Below are positions 13,057 through 28,068 of a DNA stretch of 64,000 nt, piece after piece. Numbering within the stretch: position 1 is the first letter of the stretch; the number at the start of each line of letters is the position of its first letter. The notes beneath the pieces were generated by a model. That model saw only the letters and a list, made by a program, of their open reading frames with translations, ran no database searches and had not been told where the DNA came from. The DNA is from Chrysomallon squamiferum (taxonomy: Eukaryota > Animalia > Mollusca), in contig CM022676.1 in the NCBI GenBank assembly GCA_012295275.1, positions 18,042,001 to 18,106,000 of the forward strand, given 5' to 3'. Position numbers and translations under genes: made by a program.

Positions 13057-14138
13057 ATGGCTGAAGAAAATGAAACGTGAGACAAATATGTCGTAACAGA
13101 CGTAGAAATAGTGAAAATGTGATCTGGGTTGACAGATGAACATTTTGTTGGTTTTACAGACATTGAGTTTATAGACGATTATCCTGAAAATACTGAACAA
13201 AACGAAAATGAGACACACAACAAGAAACGGAAATTTGAAACATCAATGAAGAAACAAAAGTAAAAGAAGATTAGATTGAAGAAGAATGCAGTAAAGAGGA
13301 AAGGAAAATGAAGAAAAGTCAGGTGTATGAAACTAACGAGGAGGCGAAAACAAGTAAAATACCGAGCAGAAAATCTGAAAAAGATGTAACATACACGTAA
13401 AAGTACATTTATTTCAAAGACAAAGTGCTGAGGAATACAGGCACAAAGCTTAAATAAATGAAAGCAGACAAAGTAAAGACGAAAGACACGAATCTGACAT
13501 TGGCGTCTCAACCCTGAACACAGAAACGGACGTTGACAGCAACGTCGATATTACAAATTTAAAAATAAAAATAATAAATATTCTGAAATGGAATCAGTTT
13601 AAATAAAGAATTTAATCATAGTCTATCAGATAAGCATACAGCTCTGACGAAACAGAACTCTTTACACAAATCTTTACACGCCTGTTAAAAATAAGAATAA
13701 TAAATATTCTGAATTTGAACCAGTTGACGAAACAGAACTCTGCAGAGTTTGAAAGAAACGAAACAGCAAACAGATATCTAGATAAAACATCGGACTTGTT
13801 AACACAGGTAAACAAGATGAAACACAATTCAGTATCTGCAAATGAAACAGTAGATCATTGCCATAAGCCGAGATCAGAAACATACACACAAGATGAAATA
13901 TCTGATGAGTGAAACAGAGTTCAGTGTATGGACAGTGTGAAATATCTGATGACTGTTCCAGTGATAGCTCAAACAGAGTTCAGTGTGTGGACAGTGTGAA
14001 ATATCTGATGACTGTCCCAGTGATAGCTCAAACAGAGAGGACAATAAACTGAAAACAAATATGTCAGATTCAGATGATGTACAGGACAATTCAGAAATCA
14101 CTTTAAGTTCAAAATTACCTGTTCACAGTGAGAAATAG
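13057..14138 (+). pseudogene. Decayed charged low-complexity (E/K/D/N/S-rich) coding exon of unknown gene
   Basis: Purine-skewed, stop-riddled coding-like text. 13090-13785 is an inverted paralog of 45835-46415. Small internal duplications are present. Confidence 0.55.
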
Positions 14139-14683
14139 CCCTTTTCTTTCTAATACCTCTGATGTATAATAGCATTTTACTTTTTAACTTTTTTGATGTG
14201 TTGTTTTATCACACGCTCTATCAATATCTGAACCAAACTGATTTCAGAACTGAACTTTACGTGCTGACATCACATACATGAATATATGTATGAGAATCGT
14301 TACAGTTGTCTTCAGTTTCAATTATTTGGTTAAATGACCAGCTGGGATTCTGATCTAGAAACTTCTAAGCTGTTAAAATCGTGTATTTGTGTTAGTTACT
14401 TTTTAAATCACCCACTAATTCCACTGAATAAAAGCATTCCTTTTTCGAAGTTAAAATTATGATTCAGGTTCTGTTTAACTGTATTATATAATTTAATTTT
14501 GTATGCCTATCTGTGATCTTCTGATTATAGTGACCATACAGAATTATTTAGTTCTGAGCGTCGAGAATTTTATTTTTCACAGCGTCATTCAAATAAACTT
14601 TATACTTCTATCACATTGACACGAATGATCTATTCTCAACACAACATTATAAAATACAGTCAAGAGAGGCTGTATTATTTATT

Positions 14684-14823
<140 letters not shown>

Positions 14824-15433
14824 GTACACACACACGTTAGTTACGTTAGTGAAGAGAAATTACCCTCCATTGGAAGTGATATGTACGTATGAATTGTCAT
14901 GTGTATATAGAGAGACTATATATGTAAACTCATAACGTGTTCTTAGACGTTTAGAATGTAATATAAGTGTCGCTGTTTAATGTATCAGATCCTCACAGTC
15001 AAACAATCTGGGTTTTTTTGGTTTGTTATGTTTGTTCAAGTGAACCGACAGCTTTATTGTGTTGAATATCAGAGGCAAATTTGAATTTCTGTCTGTTTGT
15101 CTGTGATAACTTCTTTACAAGTATTCTCTTCTTTTCAACCGGAGATCTAAGATGACCTAATTGTGAACAGAACTTTTATAATACACTCTTTTATGACGCT
15201 TGGCATTTTCATTTATTACCTTTATTTTCTAAAAGAAGAAGCGTTATATACTCGAGATCAGAACATTTTAACTTTCCCACGATTATTCCTTCCCACGACA
15301 CCTGGCAGTGAGCTACCAGAGATAAATTTGTGTTACTGTATGGTAATTTCTTCCTGCTTTAGCAGAATGAATGTAATATCACAACATGCAGAAGTCTTCT
15401 GTGACGTTATATTAATTTTACAACTTTGAATCA

Positions 15434-15468
<35 letters not shown>

Positions 15469-16356
15469 TGTGTTGTTGTTGTTGTTATTATTATTATTAT
15501 TATATTATTATTATTGTTATTATTATTATTACTGTTACTGTTTTTTATCAATGAAATAATGGAATAATGAAACAAATGATTAACACAGATAGAATAATAT
15601 AACCTAATGAAGCGAAAACACAGCGAAAAATAGGAGTTTCTATTTATTTATTATTATTATTTTAAATTATCTTGTGTGCTGTTATATAAGCAGTCGGACA
15701 CACACTGAAATACTCGTCTCTGTTAAACACGACTGTTCTTGTATAAACGCTACAACTGTTAAAAATACGACTTTCTCCACTGACCTGTGGTTCAGTGAGA
15801 TAGAATGAACAGTAAAACTGAGCAGTGTAAAAATACAAGTTTTAACTCTCTCTGAATACGCGCCACAGCTTCTATTCTTAACATGAATCATTTATTTACA
15901 TAACACTGCGTTTTCTTCACTCACTACACATAAAATGAAGGTAGTCGTCGTTGTATTCTGTTTTTGATATAAAATTAAAAGGCCTATCTCCCACGACACG
16001 TTGTGTCTGCGTGTGCAATAAATTCTAATGTTCGACATGCATCGCTTTGATATTGTAAAACATTTCTTAACACTTGTATTATGTCAGATATTAAACGAGT
16101 AACTTAGAGCTATTTTTCGCCCAGTAGGAACCTGTTCTCACTTCTCTACATATATACAGTATATACAATCTTTCATACCTATATATGTGTGTGTGTGTAT
16201 CTGTGTGTATGTGTTTGCGTGTCTGCACATATAATTGTTGTTCTTATTGTTTTCGTACTGACAGGTCGTTGGTTGAATTTTTGTCAGTATCTCTAAATCA
16301 CTGCACATTCTGTAAAAGATGTGGTCTGTACTGTACTGTATGTAACAAGATATGTT

Positions 16357-16723
16357 AAAACACTCTTTACAAGATAAAATAAAATATAGTAAAGTTTAAT
16401 TGTATTATACTATGACACCATCAAAATTATTATGATCGAATACAAGAATAATTTTAAGTTAATTTTATACATTGATTTATATCTACTTTATTATTTTTCT
16501 TTTCAATCTTTTGATTTCTGATTCTTTCAGTCAATTTTCAAAACACTCTTTACAAGATAAAATAAAATATAGCAAAGTTTAATTGTATTATACTATGACA
16601 CCATCAAAATTATTAGGATCGAATACAAGAATAATTTTAAGTTAATTTAATACATTGATTTATATTTACTTTATTATTTTTCTTTTCAATCTTTTGATTT
16701 CTGATTCTTTCAGTCAATTTTCA
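16357..16723. repeat. 183-bp tandem duplication
   Basis: aaaacactctttacaagataaaataaaatatag... occurs at 16357 and 16540 with only a few substitutions. Confidence 0.95.
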
Positions 16724-16798
16724 TTCATCTGTTCATGCATTAATCAGTTAAATTTAATAGATATGTTTATTTAATATTTGTTATTACTATAATCATCA

Positions 16799-16849
<51 letters not shown>

Positions 16850-17370
16850 CCATTTTATAACACAGATGTAAACAATGCAACCTGATAAGACTACATTATT
16901 TTTTATTTACTTGGTTCAGTGTTATGATTGCACTGTGTGAGATAAATTAATGGCAAATTTAATCATAGGTTTAGATGGAGAAATGAATAATTGAAATTAA
17001 GATAACATATATCGGAAATATTCTATTTAATATTAGATTTAAAACAGGGCTGTTATTTGGTTTTGATTTAAGATGAAAACGAATAGCGTCCTGGAGTAAT
17101 AAAACGTTGTTTAAAAATGTTATGAATAAGCATTAGCCTCTACCACTCATCGATCTCTGAAATAAGTGAAATTTGATGTTGAGAGAGAAACCTGTTTGTA
17201 ACACCAATGAAAGTAAATCAAAACCCTATACTACCTTGTATTGCCTTCCTCTTTGTGGCCTCCATGTTCAATTTTCTACGCCATTTCTGGCATCCTATAA
17301 CACCATCTGTACTATCAGTAAATATTTTAATATCGAGCCAGAGAATTAAAAAAATATATATAACAACAAC

Positions 17371-17432
<62 letters not shown>

Positions 17433-18794
17433 TGATGATAATAATAATAATAATAATAAAGATAGAATAATAATATAAAGTGTCTTCCCTCCTTTCCTTC
17501 TTTTACGCCCTTCTTTGCTTTTTTCCTTCCTTCCGTACTTTCTTTCTTCCTTTGTCCCTGCCTTCTTATTTAACTTCCTTGTTGCTCTATCAGCTGTTCC
17601 AACCAGTGTATAAAATGTTATAGCATTTGCTTTCACCTACAATGAGAAACATAAAAAACATTATCGCTGTATTGCTATACGTTTGACCAACTGACCATTA
17701 TGCTGTAATTATTTCAAGTATATTTAAATGTTCTATTTGCTTCGATACAACAGAGAAATAGGATCTCTTAACTCGAACTACATAGGATACTGATTTCTAT
17801 ATTTATCTTCACATAAACTACCCGAGAAGGCTACTGCAGTAATAAATCCACAGAAGTTTAGTCAAAGTACCGTAAACGTGATTGAGATTGTCTAGTGAGT
17901 TAAGACACTGCTCGAATGTGGTGCTCTCTCAAATATGGAGGAAAGTAACGCTGAGCCACGATCTCGGAAGTCGATAATTGATTATTATCTCCTTATCTTA
18001 ACGGTAAAGACTTACATTTTTGTAAACACCAGAATCCCTTAAAGTTAAATACGTTTGTTTTATACGACCACTAACTAAACGTTGACCAGTGTATTTTAAT
18101 TGTTTGCTGATAAAGCCTGTTTAGTATAATGCAGTTATCTTCTCGGGGTCAGATTTTGGGAGATATTTTTTGTTTCCAATAACTCTTGAACAATGAATAA
18201 TATAAAAATAAAAATAAATGAATACAATAAAATAAATAAGTAAATACAAAATAAATAACTAAATAAAATAAGAAAATAATATAAAACTAATATCATATTT
18301 TTAATTATAAGAACTATCGTGGACGACATTTAAATGACATAGTCTTACTTTATCAGTACGAAAGATATCAGTTTCATTACTGTTTCATCATCTGAATTTT
18401 GTTGAACTAATAAAAAATAGATTAATTACTAGATGTTTAACTAGTCTTATGAAAAAAGTCTAAGATTGATAATGTCAGTTATAAAATTGCCTTGTATAAT
18501 GACGTTCGCATTCTGAAGTAATGTATTTTTACAAAATGAAAACATTTTTCTTTTGTAAGAAATGTTTCTTCTCAGGCGGGATGAAATACTTTTTGTTGCA
18601 ATTTAACAGATATACTGCACTTGAAACCGTTTTTAAACACAAACGTAATTTTGGGCAGAAATATGTACCAAAAAGCACAAATTTCTAACATCAAATGTAT
18701 GTTGTTCATAAGAAAATCACAAATGGAAGGAATGTTTATAGTGAGATGCAATTAAAAACACCATTACTACTGCTATGTGTGGTATATTAGGAGG

Positions 18795-18902
18795 GGTTTG
18801 TGATTTACACGGTTTGTGATTTACAGGGTTTGTGATTTACAGGGTTTGTGATTTACAGGGTCTGTGATTTACATGGTTTGTGATTTACAGGGTTTGTGAT
18901 TT
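18795..18902. repeat. 16-bp minisatellite (ggtttgtgatttacag), ~6-7 units
   Basis: Directly visible. Confidence 0.95.
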
Positions 18903-18981
18903 CCTGCTACACTAGTTTATAAACAAATCTCGGTTAGTCCAAGGTTCTTTTTTGCCAAGTGCACGGTGTGTGTGTGTCTGT

Positions 18982-19024
<43 letters not shown>

Positions 19025-19791
19025 TTCTGTGATGAAATAATTTAAAACATTTTATTTATTATTGTCTATTTTTTTTAAATTAACTAATGATCAGTGTTGG
19101 TGAAACCTAAGGCAAGCTAATGTATATGTGTATATGTTTGTATGCATGTATGTATTGTTTGTGTGTGTGTGTATACACACACACACATATATACTCATAA
19201 ATATACATATACTATTACTCAATGGTTGCAGAAAAGAAAGAAATAAATAAATAAATAACAAAAAGTAAATCATAATACCTGATACATTTATTTCTATATC
19301 GTTGGTATTCACCTGATTACATTTTAAACAAAAACACAAAAATAAACGAAGTCAAAATTCATAATAAAAATAAAAATATATTAATCTGTGTTACGTTTCT
19401 TTAAGTCTCATCCATAACTAAATAAATAAGAATTGCTAGTCTTAGTAAAAGAAAATGAATCAATAAATCAAACCACAGTTCTTATTTTCATGTCTATCAA
19501 CCAGGTAATACATACATAATTTATATAGATATTATGTTTCATATAAAAAAATACAAATAAAAATGCGTAAATAAATAAATAAATAAAAAATAGTAATAAT
19601 CAGAAATAAGAAATTATATGTTTATATACATCATACACGTGTTTCACAGAAGTCAGTCAATTACAAATCAAATATTTCAAATGACGTCATCAGAAAAACA
19701 AAACGTAAACAAAGATAAATAAATAAATAAATAAATAAAAATATGAGCCCAGTGATGACTAAAAGTGACAGTGTTTGAACGATGTTGTTTT

Positions 19792-20865
19792 TTACACTAA
19801 AAATAACAAAGCAGGTATTTGTCCGCCTATCACAGGTGTACAAAATTTTCTGTCACTGTGTTTAGATTTGTGTGACTCAGAAAATCTACAAACAAAAGAG
19901 TCTAAAACAATTTCTGATTTACCTTCACGTCCCCAGGATCCCCACCCTGTGTCTCCTCCCTTAACATTAACAAACAAGCTGTACTTAGTTACTTTAGCAA
20001 TTTTCACTGGATGTCCGAACACGACGTCATACACGGGAGACACGACGTTTTCATATCTCTGTGTCAATGGAGACCCGTCCAGTATTTCGTCTGTTCTTGT
20101 GTGAGTGACGAAGGCGCGGACGTCGTGGCGTCGTGGTACATAGTGACAGTACAACTGTAATCCGCGAAGTAAAGCGTTTTTGTTGACAGAGAAAGTAATG
20201 GCGGCATCTTCTTTACCAGAACATGACAAGTAGTAACCATATAATTCATCAAATAATCCACTACACGCACCAAACATGTTTATTGTAATCTGTGTTTTAG
20301 TTCTCATGTTTGAGTTAAAAGGTGAAACATCTTCATTACTACTCACCCAGTGTTTCAAAATCTTGAGTTCTTCTGTCTCAGTGAGTATGTGAGTGGGTGT
20401 AACGTGTTTTACAAAATACGTCTGATCTAGTAATGGATAACGCACGTGCTTCACGACCTCTCCCAGTGCTTTGCGCATGTTTTTTTCACTCGTCTTCTCT
20501 TGCTTGCTGCACGCGCTGTCAGCCCACTTCAAAGCGGCTTCGAAAACAATTTCCTCGTCTGCTGTCAGTTCGTCTGATCGTACGATCTGAACCAGACATT
20601 CGTGACAAAGATCGGTGACTTCATCTGATTTCAAAACTTCGTCGCCATTCTTCAAAATGTAGTCCAGAGTTTTTTTTTCCTTAGATCATGTTCATCAAAT
20701 AGGTGAGCTTGTTCCAGCACGACGCACGCATTCTGTGACGACAACGACGACTCCAAGTATTTGGTGCTCTGATCTTCAAGAGTTGTGATGATGTTCTTTC
20801 TCGATAGATACAGCAGACCGGTGACGTTGTCGCCTGTTAGGACGACGTCATCCGTGTAAAGATAT
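19792..20865 (-). CDS. BTB-BACK-PHR protein (BTBD1/2/3/6-like), large terminal exon; frameshift in a 9-A run at 20670-20678
   Basis: After acceptor ttttacacag: YLYTDDVVLTGDNVTGLLYLSRK...NACVVLEQAHLFDE, then BACK (EEIVFEAALKW...VRYPLL) and PHR (DAAITFSVNKNALLRGLQLY...GQIPALLF). The frame breaks at the homopolymer, so this is either a pseudogene or a consensus error. Confidence 0.9.
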
Positions 20866-21106
20866 CTGTGTAAAAGAAGTAGATTAAGATTTTTAAATGT
20901 GAGATAACTATGTGAGATTAATTAATTAGAAAATAATTAGATTACTAACAAAAACTATATTGTTATCAACGTTTCTGTCTGTCTCTATGTCTCTCTTCTT
21001 CACTGTGTTCGTACGTATGTTTCCGTGTCTGTGTATGTTTGAGTGTGTGTGTGTGTGTGTGTATGTTTATGTGTGCATGTGTGTGTGTTAGTGTGTTTTA
21101 ACATAC

Positions 21107-21186
21107 TTTAAAAACTCTGAGAAGATGTCTACCTGCACATCTGGTATTTTGATATTTGACTGTTCGCGAAGTTTGATATACAGAAG

Positions 21187-21190
<4 letters not shown>
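21107..21190 (-). CDS. BTB domain exon, 3' part only (5' end replaced by a (CA)n tract)
   Basis: LREQSNIKIPDVQVDIFSEFLK ends aa|gtatgt, phase-compatible with the |a-tat (YLYTD) exon at 20865. No N-terminal BTB motifs were found upstream. Confidence 0.82.
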
Positions 21191-21230
<40 letters not shown>

Positions 21231-21860
21231 TACACTAAAATGAGTTTACATATCGTGTTTCACACATTAACACTACATATGTAAAACTAAAGTGAGCCCT
21301 TGGAACAATTTACAATTTTTCTTTCATTATCTTAATTTTATTTTGTTTTCTCTTAATCTACATCGTTTATCGATATCTTGAATAAATGTGTTGTCGAACC
21401 AGTCTGTTTGAAAATCATGATTATAAAAACAACCTACAGGACAATATGAGTAATACAAGTTATCATTTCGCTGGTTTTCATAGCCTTTCAGTTCAGTCGT
21501 TCATATCGTGATGTTTCTAAACGATACAGTACAAAGTCAAACTCTTTGCCAATGTCCCTTTTGGAAATATCAAATAGTTTCAATAATAATAATAACAATA
21601 ATAGTAATGCTGCTACTACTACTACTACTACTAATGATAATAATAATAATAATAACAATAATAATAATTATAATTATTATTATTATTATTATTGCGTTTC
21701 CTTTCTCCACACAGTCTAAAACATAAGGACATTCTTGTTGTTTCTGATATGTGTATAACGCGTAGTGCGCGTGTAAGCTACATTCTAATCATTACAGAAG
21801 TTTTGTCACGTATAAAACAAAACAAGTGTTGTTAGTCACTGACTCATTAGTTCATGCAGG

Positions 21861-21948
<88 letters not shown>

Positions 21949-22739
21949 CTACATTTTTGTTGATGTGTTAATTATCTAGTGTGTGTTTATGTATCTGTGT
22001 ATGTGTGATCCAGGACCCCTGAACCCGAACATTTACTACAACTGCTACGTTGTTAATTCAGCTCTGTTCCCAACCACTGTCTGACGTCATCAAATAACTA
22101 TTATCCACACAGTGTAAAAAATAAAAATGATCTTGCTGTTATTAACATGTGTGTGAAATGTAGTGCCTCTGTAAGCTACATTCTAATCTTTACAGAAATT
22201 TTGCCATTTACAAAACAAAGTAAGTAGTGTTAGTCAGTGACTCATTATTAATAACTACTTTTCTAAGTAGCAAAAAACAGGAACTTAGTTCATGAAGGAA
22301 ATCTGTCTCTCTGTCTCTCTCAACGAATCTGGAGCCAAAAACGAAAAGCTGCACAACAAAGCAATTTTGTTCCCTATAAATAAATAAATAAAGCAACAAA
22401 CAGAGAAAAAACATTTGTAATATTATTGAAATAAATAGCATTATTCAATAAGTTAATTATATAGTACTGGTAGCAATAGTAATAACAGTATAGACATAAA
22501 AATAAGTAATTAATTATGTAAACGGTCATATTAAAATTACAGAAAACTGTTACATCATGTGACGTCATTCAGCGGTACCATGCTAGTAGAACAGTTTTGT
22601 GAAGCTATTTTAATTACTGTTTTATATTATTATTTTCCCGTCTAAGAAATGTTCAGTGTTGCTGTTGGATCTCTGTCTAGTTTTCTGTGTGCCCATCTAT
22701 CTTTGTCAGTTTTATTTCTCACCGTTAATTTCTACAAAT

Positions 22740-23372
22740 CTCAGTACCGGCCCTGTCACCCTCACCTTAGATTATTGTGAATCAGTCCCTTGTTTAAGCT
22801 GACTTCAACGTGCAGAGTAAACAGAAGACAAAACCTGATCTGTAACACCTGCATTTAAAACTCGCGTCTAAGATTTTCATTGAGGTATTAAATTTAATAC
22901 GTAGTCACGTTTTTCCTATCTCGGGTTTTTCTTTTGTCTTCTTTGTTTTAACCTACTAATTCTCTTGATCTTACTTTTGTATACATCATTTATTTATTTA
23001 TTTATGTTTGTGTGTGTGTATATATATATACAAGCATAAATAAGTAAGTAAATATATATATATATATATATATCGAAGTTCTTGTTGCAGTTCTTGTTAC
23101 AGTTCTTGTTACGTTAAAACGCATGTGTGTGTGTCTCTACGAAACAAAACCGAAAGAAAACTATACAATTTTGTTCCTCATCTTAAAACACTGAAGACTC
23201 AGTACCGGCCCTGTTCCCCTCCTCTGTTATTAGAGTGAATCAGTCCCTTGCTGAAACTAACTCGAGCGTGCATAGAGAAGAAAAGACGAAATATGATTAG
23301 TAACACCGGAATTTAAAACACGTGAGTACATATCTCTTGTGAGGTATCCAATTTAGTATCTAGTCACGTTTT
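22740..23372. repeat. Two diverged ~175-bp direct repeats (22740-22915, 23198-23372)
   Basis: Shared ctcagtaccggccctgt...gtgaatcagtcccttg...gtaacacc...tagtcacgttttt. Confidence 0.85.
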
Positions 23373-23945
23373 TGAGATATCAATTATTTATGTTTTGAGG
23401 TTTCTACGTAGTAATGAGAGAGGGGGTCAAAGAAACAACAACAGTGATAAGAATGGCTTCAGACACCTTATAGAAATTTTCTGTAAGTTCAAAAAATTTA
23501 AAAAAAAAAAAAAAAAAAAGATAAGAAAACACTGCCTCTTATTAACTAAACATGATACGCTCGGCACCTTCTGCCACTACATAAAAATCATATGTTGACA
23601 TCACTAACAACATGCGCTAATGTTTATAGTTCCTGTCTATGAAATTCTGGTTGGAATCTGTTCTTTGATTTGTCAGCCATGTTTAATTGGTAAATGACTG
23701 TTAGTCCACCAGACAAGTATCAAACTAATTCAGTGAGGATATAGGTAAAGTAGTATAATAGTTGTTTGTTCCAGGTAAAATGCACCAGATCGACAGCGAA
23801 CAGGTTTTTCGGACGAAAGAGAAAGATAATACACTTCTACACCAAAATAGATCTTGTTCCAAATTGTATAGTTACATGTAGACGATTATCAACCCTTTTA
23901 TATATAAGTAATCAATAGCAGTGAAAAACAGAAAAGAAAGATAAC

Positions 23946-23982
<37 letters not shown>

Positions 23983-24342
23983 TATTATTAATAATTCATA
24001 CCTTTTCCCTCTATATATTAGATATCTTTGTTTCTTATTATTAACACACACATACAAACATTGTTTTTAAACTAATTAATTCAAAATATTTTAGTTCATA
24101 TTTTATTAATTGACTAAGCAAAATATATACAGTGTGTGCGTATGTGTGTGTAACTGTGTTACAATGCCATTTTTTTCTATGAGTGTAACTAAACTGATTT
24201 CTTGATATTAATTATTATGACACACACAAGTATTTTAATTATGATTCGCACTCTGTTTATCTAAACCTTTGTCAATAAATTTACAGAGAAGTGAACTGAA
24301 TATTATGTTAGAGTATTTAATGTTTTAGCCGATGTTGCCTTT

Positions 24343-24542
24343 NNNNNNNNNNNNNNNNNNNNNNNNNNNNNNNNNNNNNNNNNNNNNNNNNNNNNNNNNN
24401 NNNNNNNNNNNNNNNNNNNNNNNNNNNNNNNNNNNNNNNNNNNNNNNNNNNNNNNNNNNNNNNNNNNNNNNNNNNNNNNNNNNNNNNNNNNNNNNNNNNN
24501 NNNNNNNNNNNNNNNNNNNNNNNNNNNNNNNNNNNNNNNNNN
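24343..24542. other. Assembly gap (200 N)
   Basis: Run of N; the round size suggests a placeholder scaffolding gap. Confidence 0.99.
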
Positions 24543-24725
24543 GACAAAATGAAAAATACAATGCTATATTTATATGTTGTTAAATAACACACTAATTCCT
24601 TGTTTTTCTCATAACTTATTTAATCAATAATGGATGAAAATGTGTATAGTTTGTTATTATTGTTGTTGAGTTATCGCTATTTTTACTATTATTATTACTA
24701 TTATTACAACTAGTGCTACTACTAT

Positions 24726-24760
<35 letters not shown>

Positions 24761-24969
24761 TTGTTGTTGTTATGGTTATTATTGTTTTTTATTTTTTCAT
24801 CATCATGATTATTATTATTGTTATTATTGTTATTATGATGATGATGATATGTTACTGTGTTGCAGGGTAACCTCTAATCAACAGTCTGGTGTCAAGTGAT
24901 GTGTAGTCTGTGTTAGAATGTTTTCAGAAACCTCTCAGCAGTGACAGGGTATGTAACTGTTAGTTTATT

Positions 24970-25335
24970 AGTGTGTGTGAGAGAGATATATATGTTGTGT
25001 GTATGTTTGTATGTGTGTGAGAGAGATATATATGTTGTGTGTATGTATGTGTGTGAGAGAGATATATATATATTGTGTGTATGTATGTGTGTGAGAGAGA
25101 TATATATATTGTGTGTATGTATGTGTGTGAGAGAGATATATATGTTGTGTGTATGTTTGTGTGTGTGAGAGATATATATATATTGTGTGTATGTGATGTG
25201 TGAGAGATATATATATTTGTGTGTATGTATCTGTATGTGAGAGAGAGAAAGAGAGATAGAGGTATTGTGTGTATGTTTGCATGTATGTATGTATGTGTGA
25301 GAGAGAGAGAGATATTGTGTCTGTGTGTGTATCTC
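24970..25335. repeat. Composite TG/GA/TA minisatellite
   Basis: Units like tgtgtgtatgtatgtgtgtgagagagatatatata repeated about 10 times. Confidence 0.9.
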
Positions 25336-27032
25336 TGTCTTGGTCAATTTCATTCATAAATAAAAATCATTGAAATATCAACAAAAGATAAGAAGCAGAG
25401 AAAATGCATTTTTCAACAAATGGAGATTGATAAAAATATGCTGTTATTAAAATTAATAAACTTTATATTTACTATTGGTGTTAAATATTTTTTGTAGGTC
25501 ACTGAAGTGTTATTCAGGTGCTGTCTAGAAAGGGAATTTACATCATGGAGAAGGATGAATCAGCTGTTACAGAAACCATTCTCATGTAGTCTGCACCATT
25601 CTCAGTTGTGAGTTTATTTTATTTTTTGTGTCTTAGAGAGTAAAATAAATTTTGTAACAATTCTTTATTCATTATAAAACAGCATAATAATAATAGGTGA
25701 TCTGTCATTGTTTTGTAAATTATTTTTATTATTATCATTATAATGATTATTTATAGCTGTTTATTTATTATCTGTGTTACTATTTTATTCATTGTCATTT
25801 TTTTCAGAATGCACATACTCCTCTAATTGATGTGCTGATGATGACATAAACCAGTGAAGTTGTTTCAGCAGAACCTGCTCTCCAAGCCACAAGGTAAGCT
25901 GTAGTTTTTATTTATATTTACATTTATATTTATATTTATAATTTATTGAATTTTTTGTTTGTTTATTAAATACATAAATTAAATCTAAAAAAAATAAGAA
26001 ATTGAAAACCTCTTTTACTAAAATGAGATTATTTGGCTCTGTTAAAGTTTATTTATTTTATTCAGTTAGTTTTTTGGAAAGTATCACTTTATGATCAATT
26101 GTATTTCAGTTCAGAGGTCAATGACAATCTGTATTTAAAAGCTTTGATCCTTCTACTTTGAATATTAAATGATTGATGAATTATGATGATGCATTTAAAC
26201 ATATGAATGTATGAGAGAGAGAGAGGGGGGAAATGTACGGGTGCATATTTTTGTATAATTTCTAATAAAATGTAATGAGACCTCAGTCTTTACATTCAGC
26301 ATATTAGTGAGGTTTAGCATAGATGTAATCTGCTCACATATCTGATTGCATACAGACTTACAGTATGAGTCATGTCCATAACTCACTTTCAGTTTAGCTT
26401 CCATGTAAAGAGCAAAGCTTGTATTGTGTCAGGTGAAGGCAGGGAAGTAACTGCAGCTCTAGAACTTATAAACACTTTATTTGGATATATAATATATGCA
26501 CATTTGGTTAAAACGTGTTCAGTATTTATGTTGCCTAGTTAACAAACATTAAAGAAAATCATAAAAACAAGACTCACCCTTTATAATGTTTGAAAACATT
26601 GCTATACGTAAACACATACATATAGGCTTGTCCCATATGAAGAAAATCAGTACCTGAAAGCTACGTCTGTGCTAAACCTCTCTATTGAATATGTAATTTT
26701 AAAACTTTCAGACAAATTGCAAGTTTTTACACCTCCAGTGAACTTCCATCAGACAAAAAAAAATGAGGACACAGTTATTTTCTGGTTAAATAAAGATTGT
26801 ACTGCTGCCATTGCAAAAGATAAAAAATCTGAGCAGGTGAATTTTAGTTTGTTTTGTTACATGTTTCTCATTTTTCTAAACCTAATCAGCTAATGAAGTT
26901 TAATTTAATATATGAAGATGCAGTTTGTAGATAATTTATCAGTAAGTACATGTATACATATACACAAATTACATTAGTATCCTGTAACACACCCTACACT
27001 TCATACCATGTACATTTGACTCATGTGTTTGT

Positions 27033-27076
<44 letters not shown>

Positions 27077-27522
27077 TACATTCATACCAATGTGATTATT
27101 TTGTTGTAAATGTTTATTTCTATATTTAAAAAAAAAAAAAAGGAAGCTGCATATTTCATCAGTTTTTTAAAATGTTTAACTTTCCTGTTACCAGACTGGA
27201 ACTGCCAGCCCTTCACACAGTGTCACTGTTCCTGTGATGACAGACAGACTAAAAGATGTAGAAGACGGATGTACAGTTCCTGTTGTCTGAAGTTTCTATT
27301 GTCTCCAGTCTCTCAGTTTTCATGGTTTGTTTTAGAACAGTTTTTGCAAATAAAATGATAAATGAGATGGTAATTCTAAAATTTAGTATATATTAAATTG
27401 CTGAAAGTTAATAATTAAGAGAGGCATTGTCTTGGGGACTTTTTTTTAAATTTTATAATCAACAAATTCGTATTTTAGTATTAGATCTCTTTTTTCGTTT
27501 GCTTTTGAATATGATCTAAATT

Positions 27523-27595
<73 letters not shown>

Positions 27596-27778
27596 ATTAT
27601 TAAATACTCTTGTATTATTAAATACTAATTGCTTTATTTATTATTTATTTATTTTTCAGATACATGTTAGGAAGATGGGTTAGGATTAGTTAATTCTTTA
27701 TGTAATCTTCGCCTCATCAAAACATTCTGTGATCAGCATCTTACCATCAACTTTGTGTACTTCACCTACGAGGATCTC

Positions 27779-28068
27779 CTGTAAACACGAGATAGCGTAC
27801 AAGAAAACCTGTCAGCCTTTCTCACAGAGCTGATCTTCTGTAAACATGAGATAGCGTACAAGAAAACCTGTCAGCCTTTCTCACAGAGCTGATCTTCTGT
27901 AAACACGAGATAGCGTACAAGAAAACCTGTCAGCCTTTCTCACAGAGCTGATCTTCTGTAAACATGAGATAGCGTACAAGAAAACCTGTCAGCCTTTCTC
28001 ACAGAGCTGATCTTCTGTAAACATGAGATAGCGTACAAGAAAACCTGTCAGCCTTTCTCACAGAGCTG
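27779..28068. repeat. 59-bp minisatellite, ~5 near-identical units, inside a predicted exon
   Basis: gtaaacacgagatagcgtacaagaaaacctgtcagcctttctcacagagctgatcttct shifts by 1 nt per 60-nt line. Confidence 0.97.
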
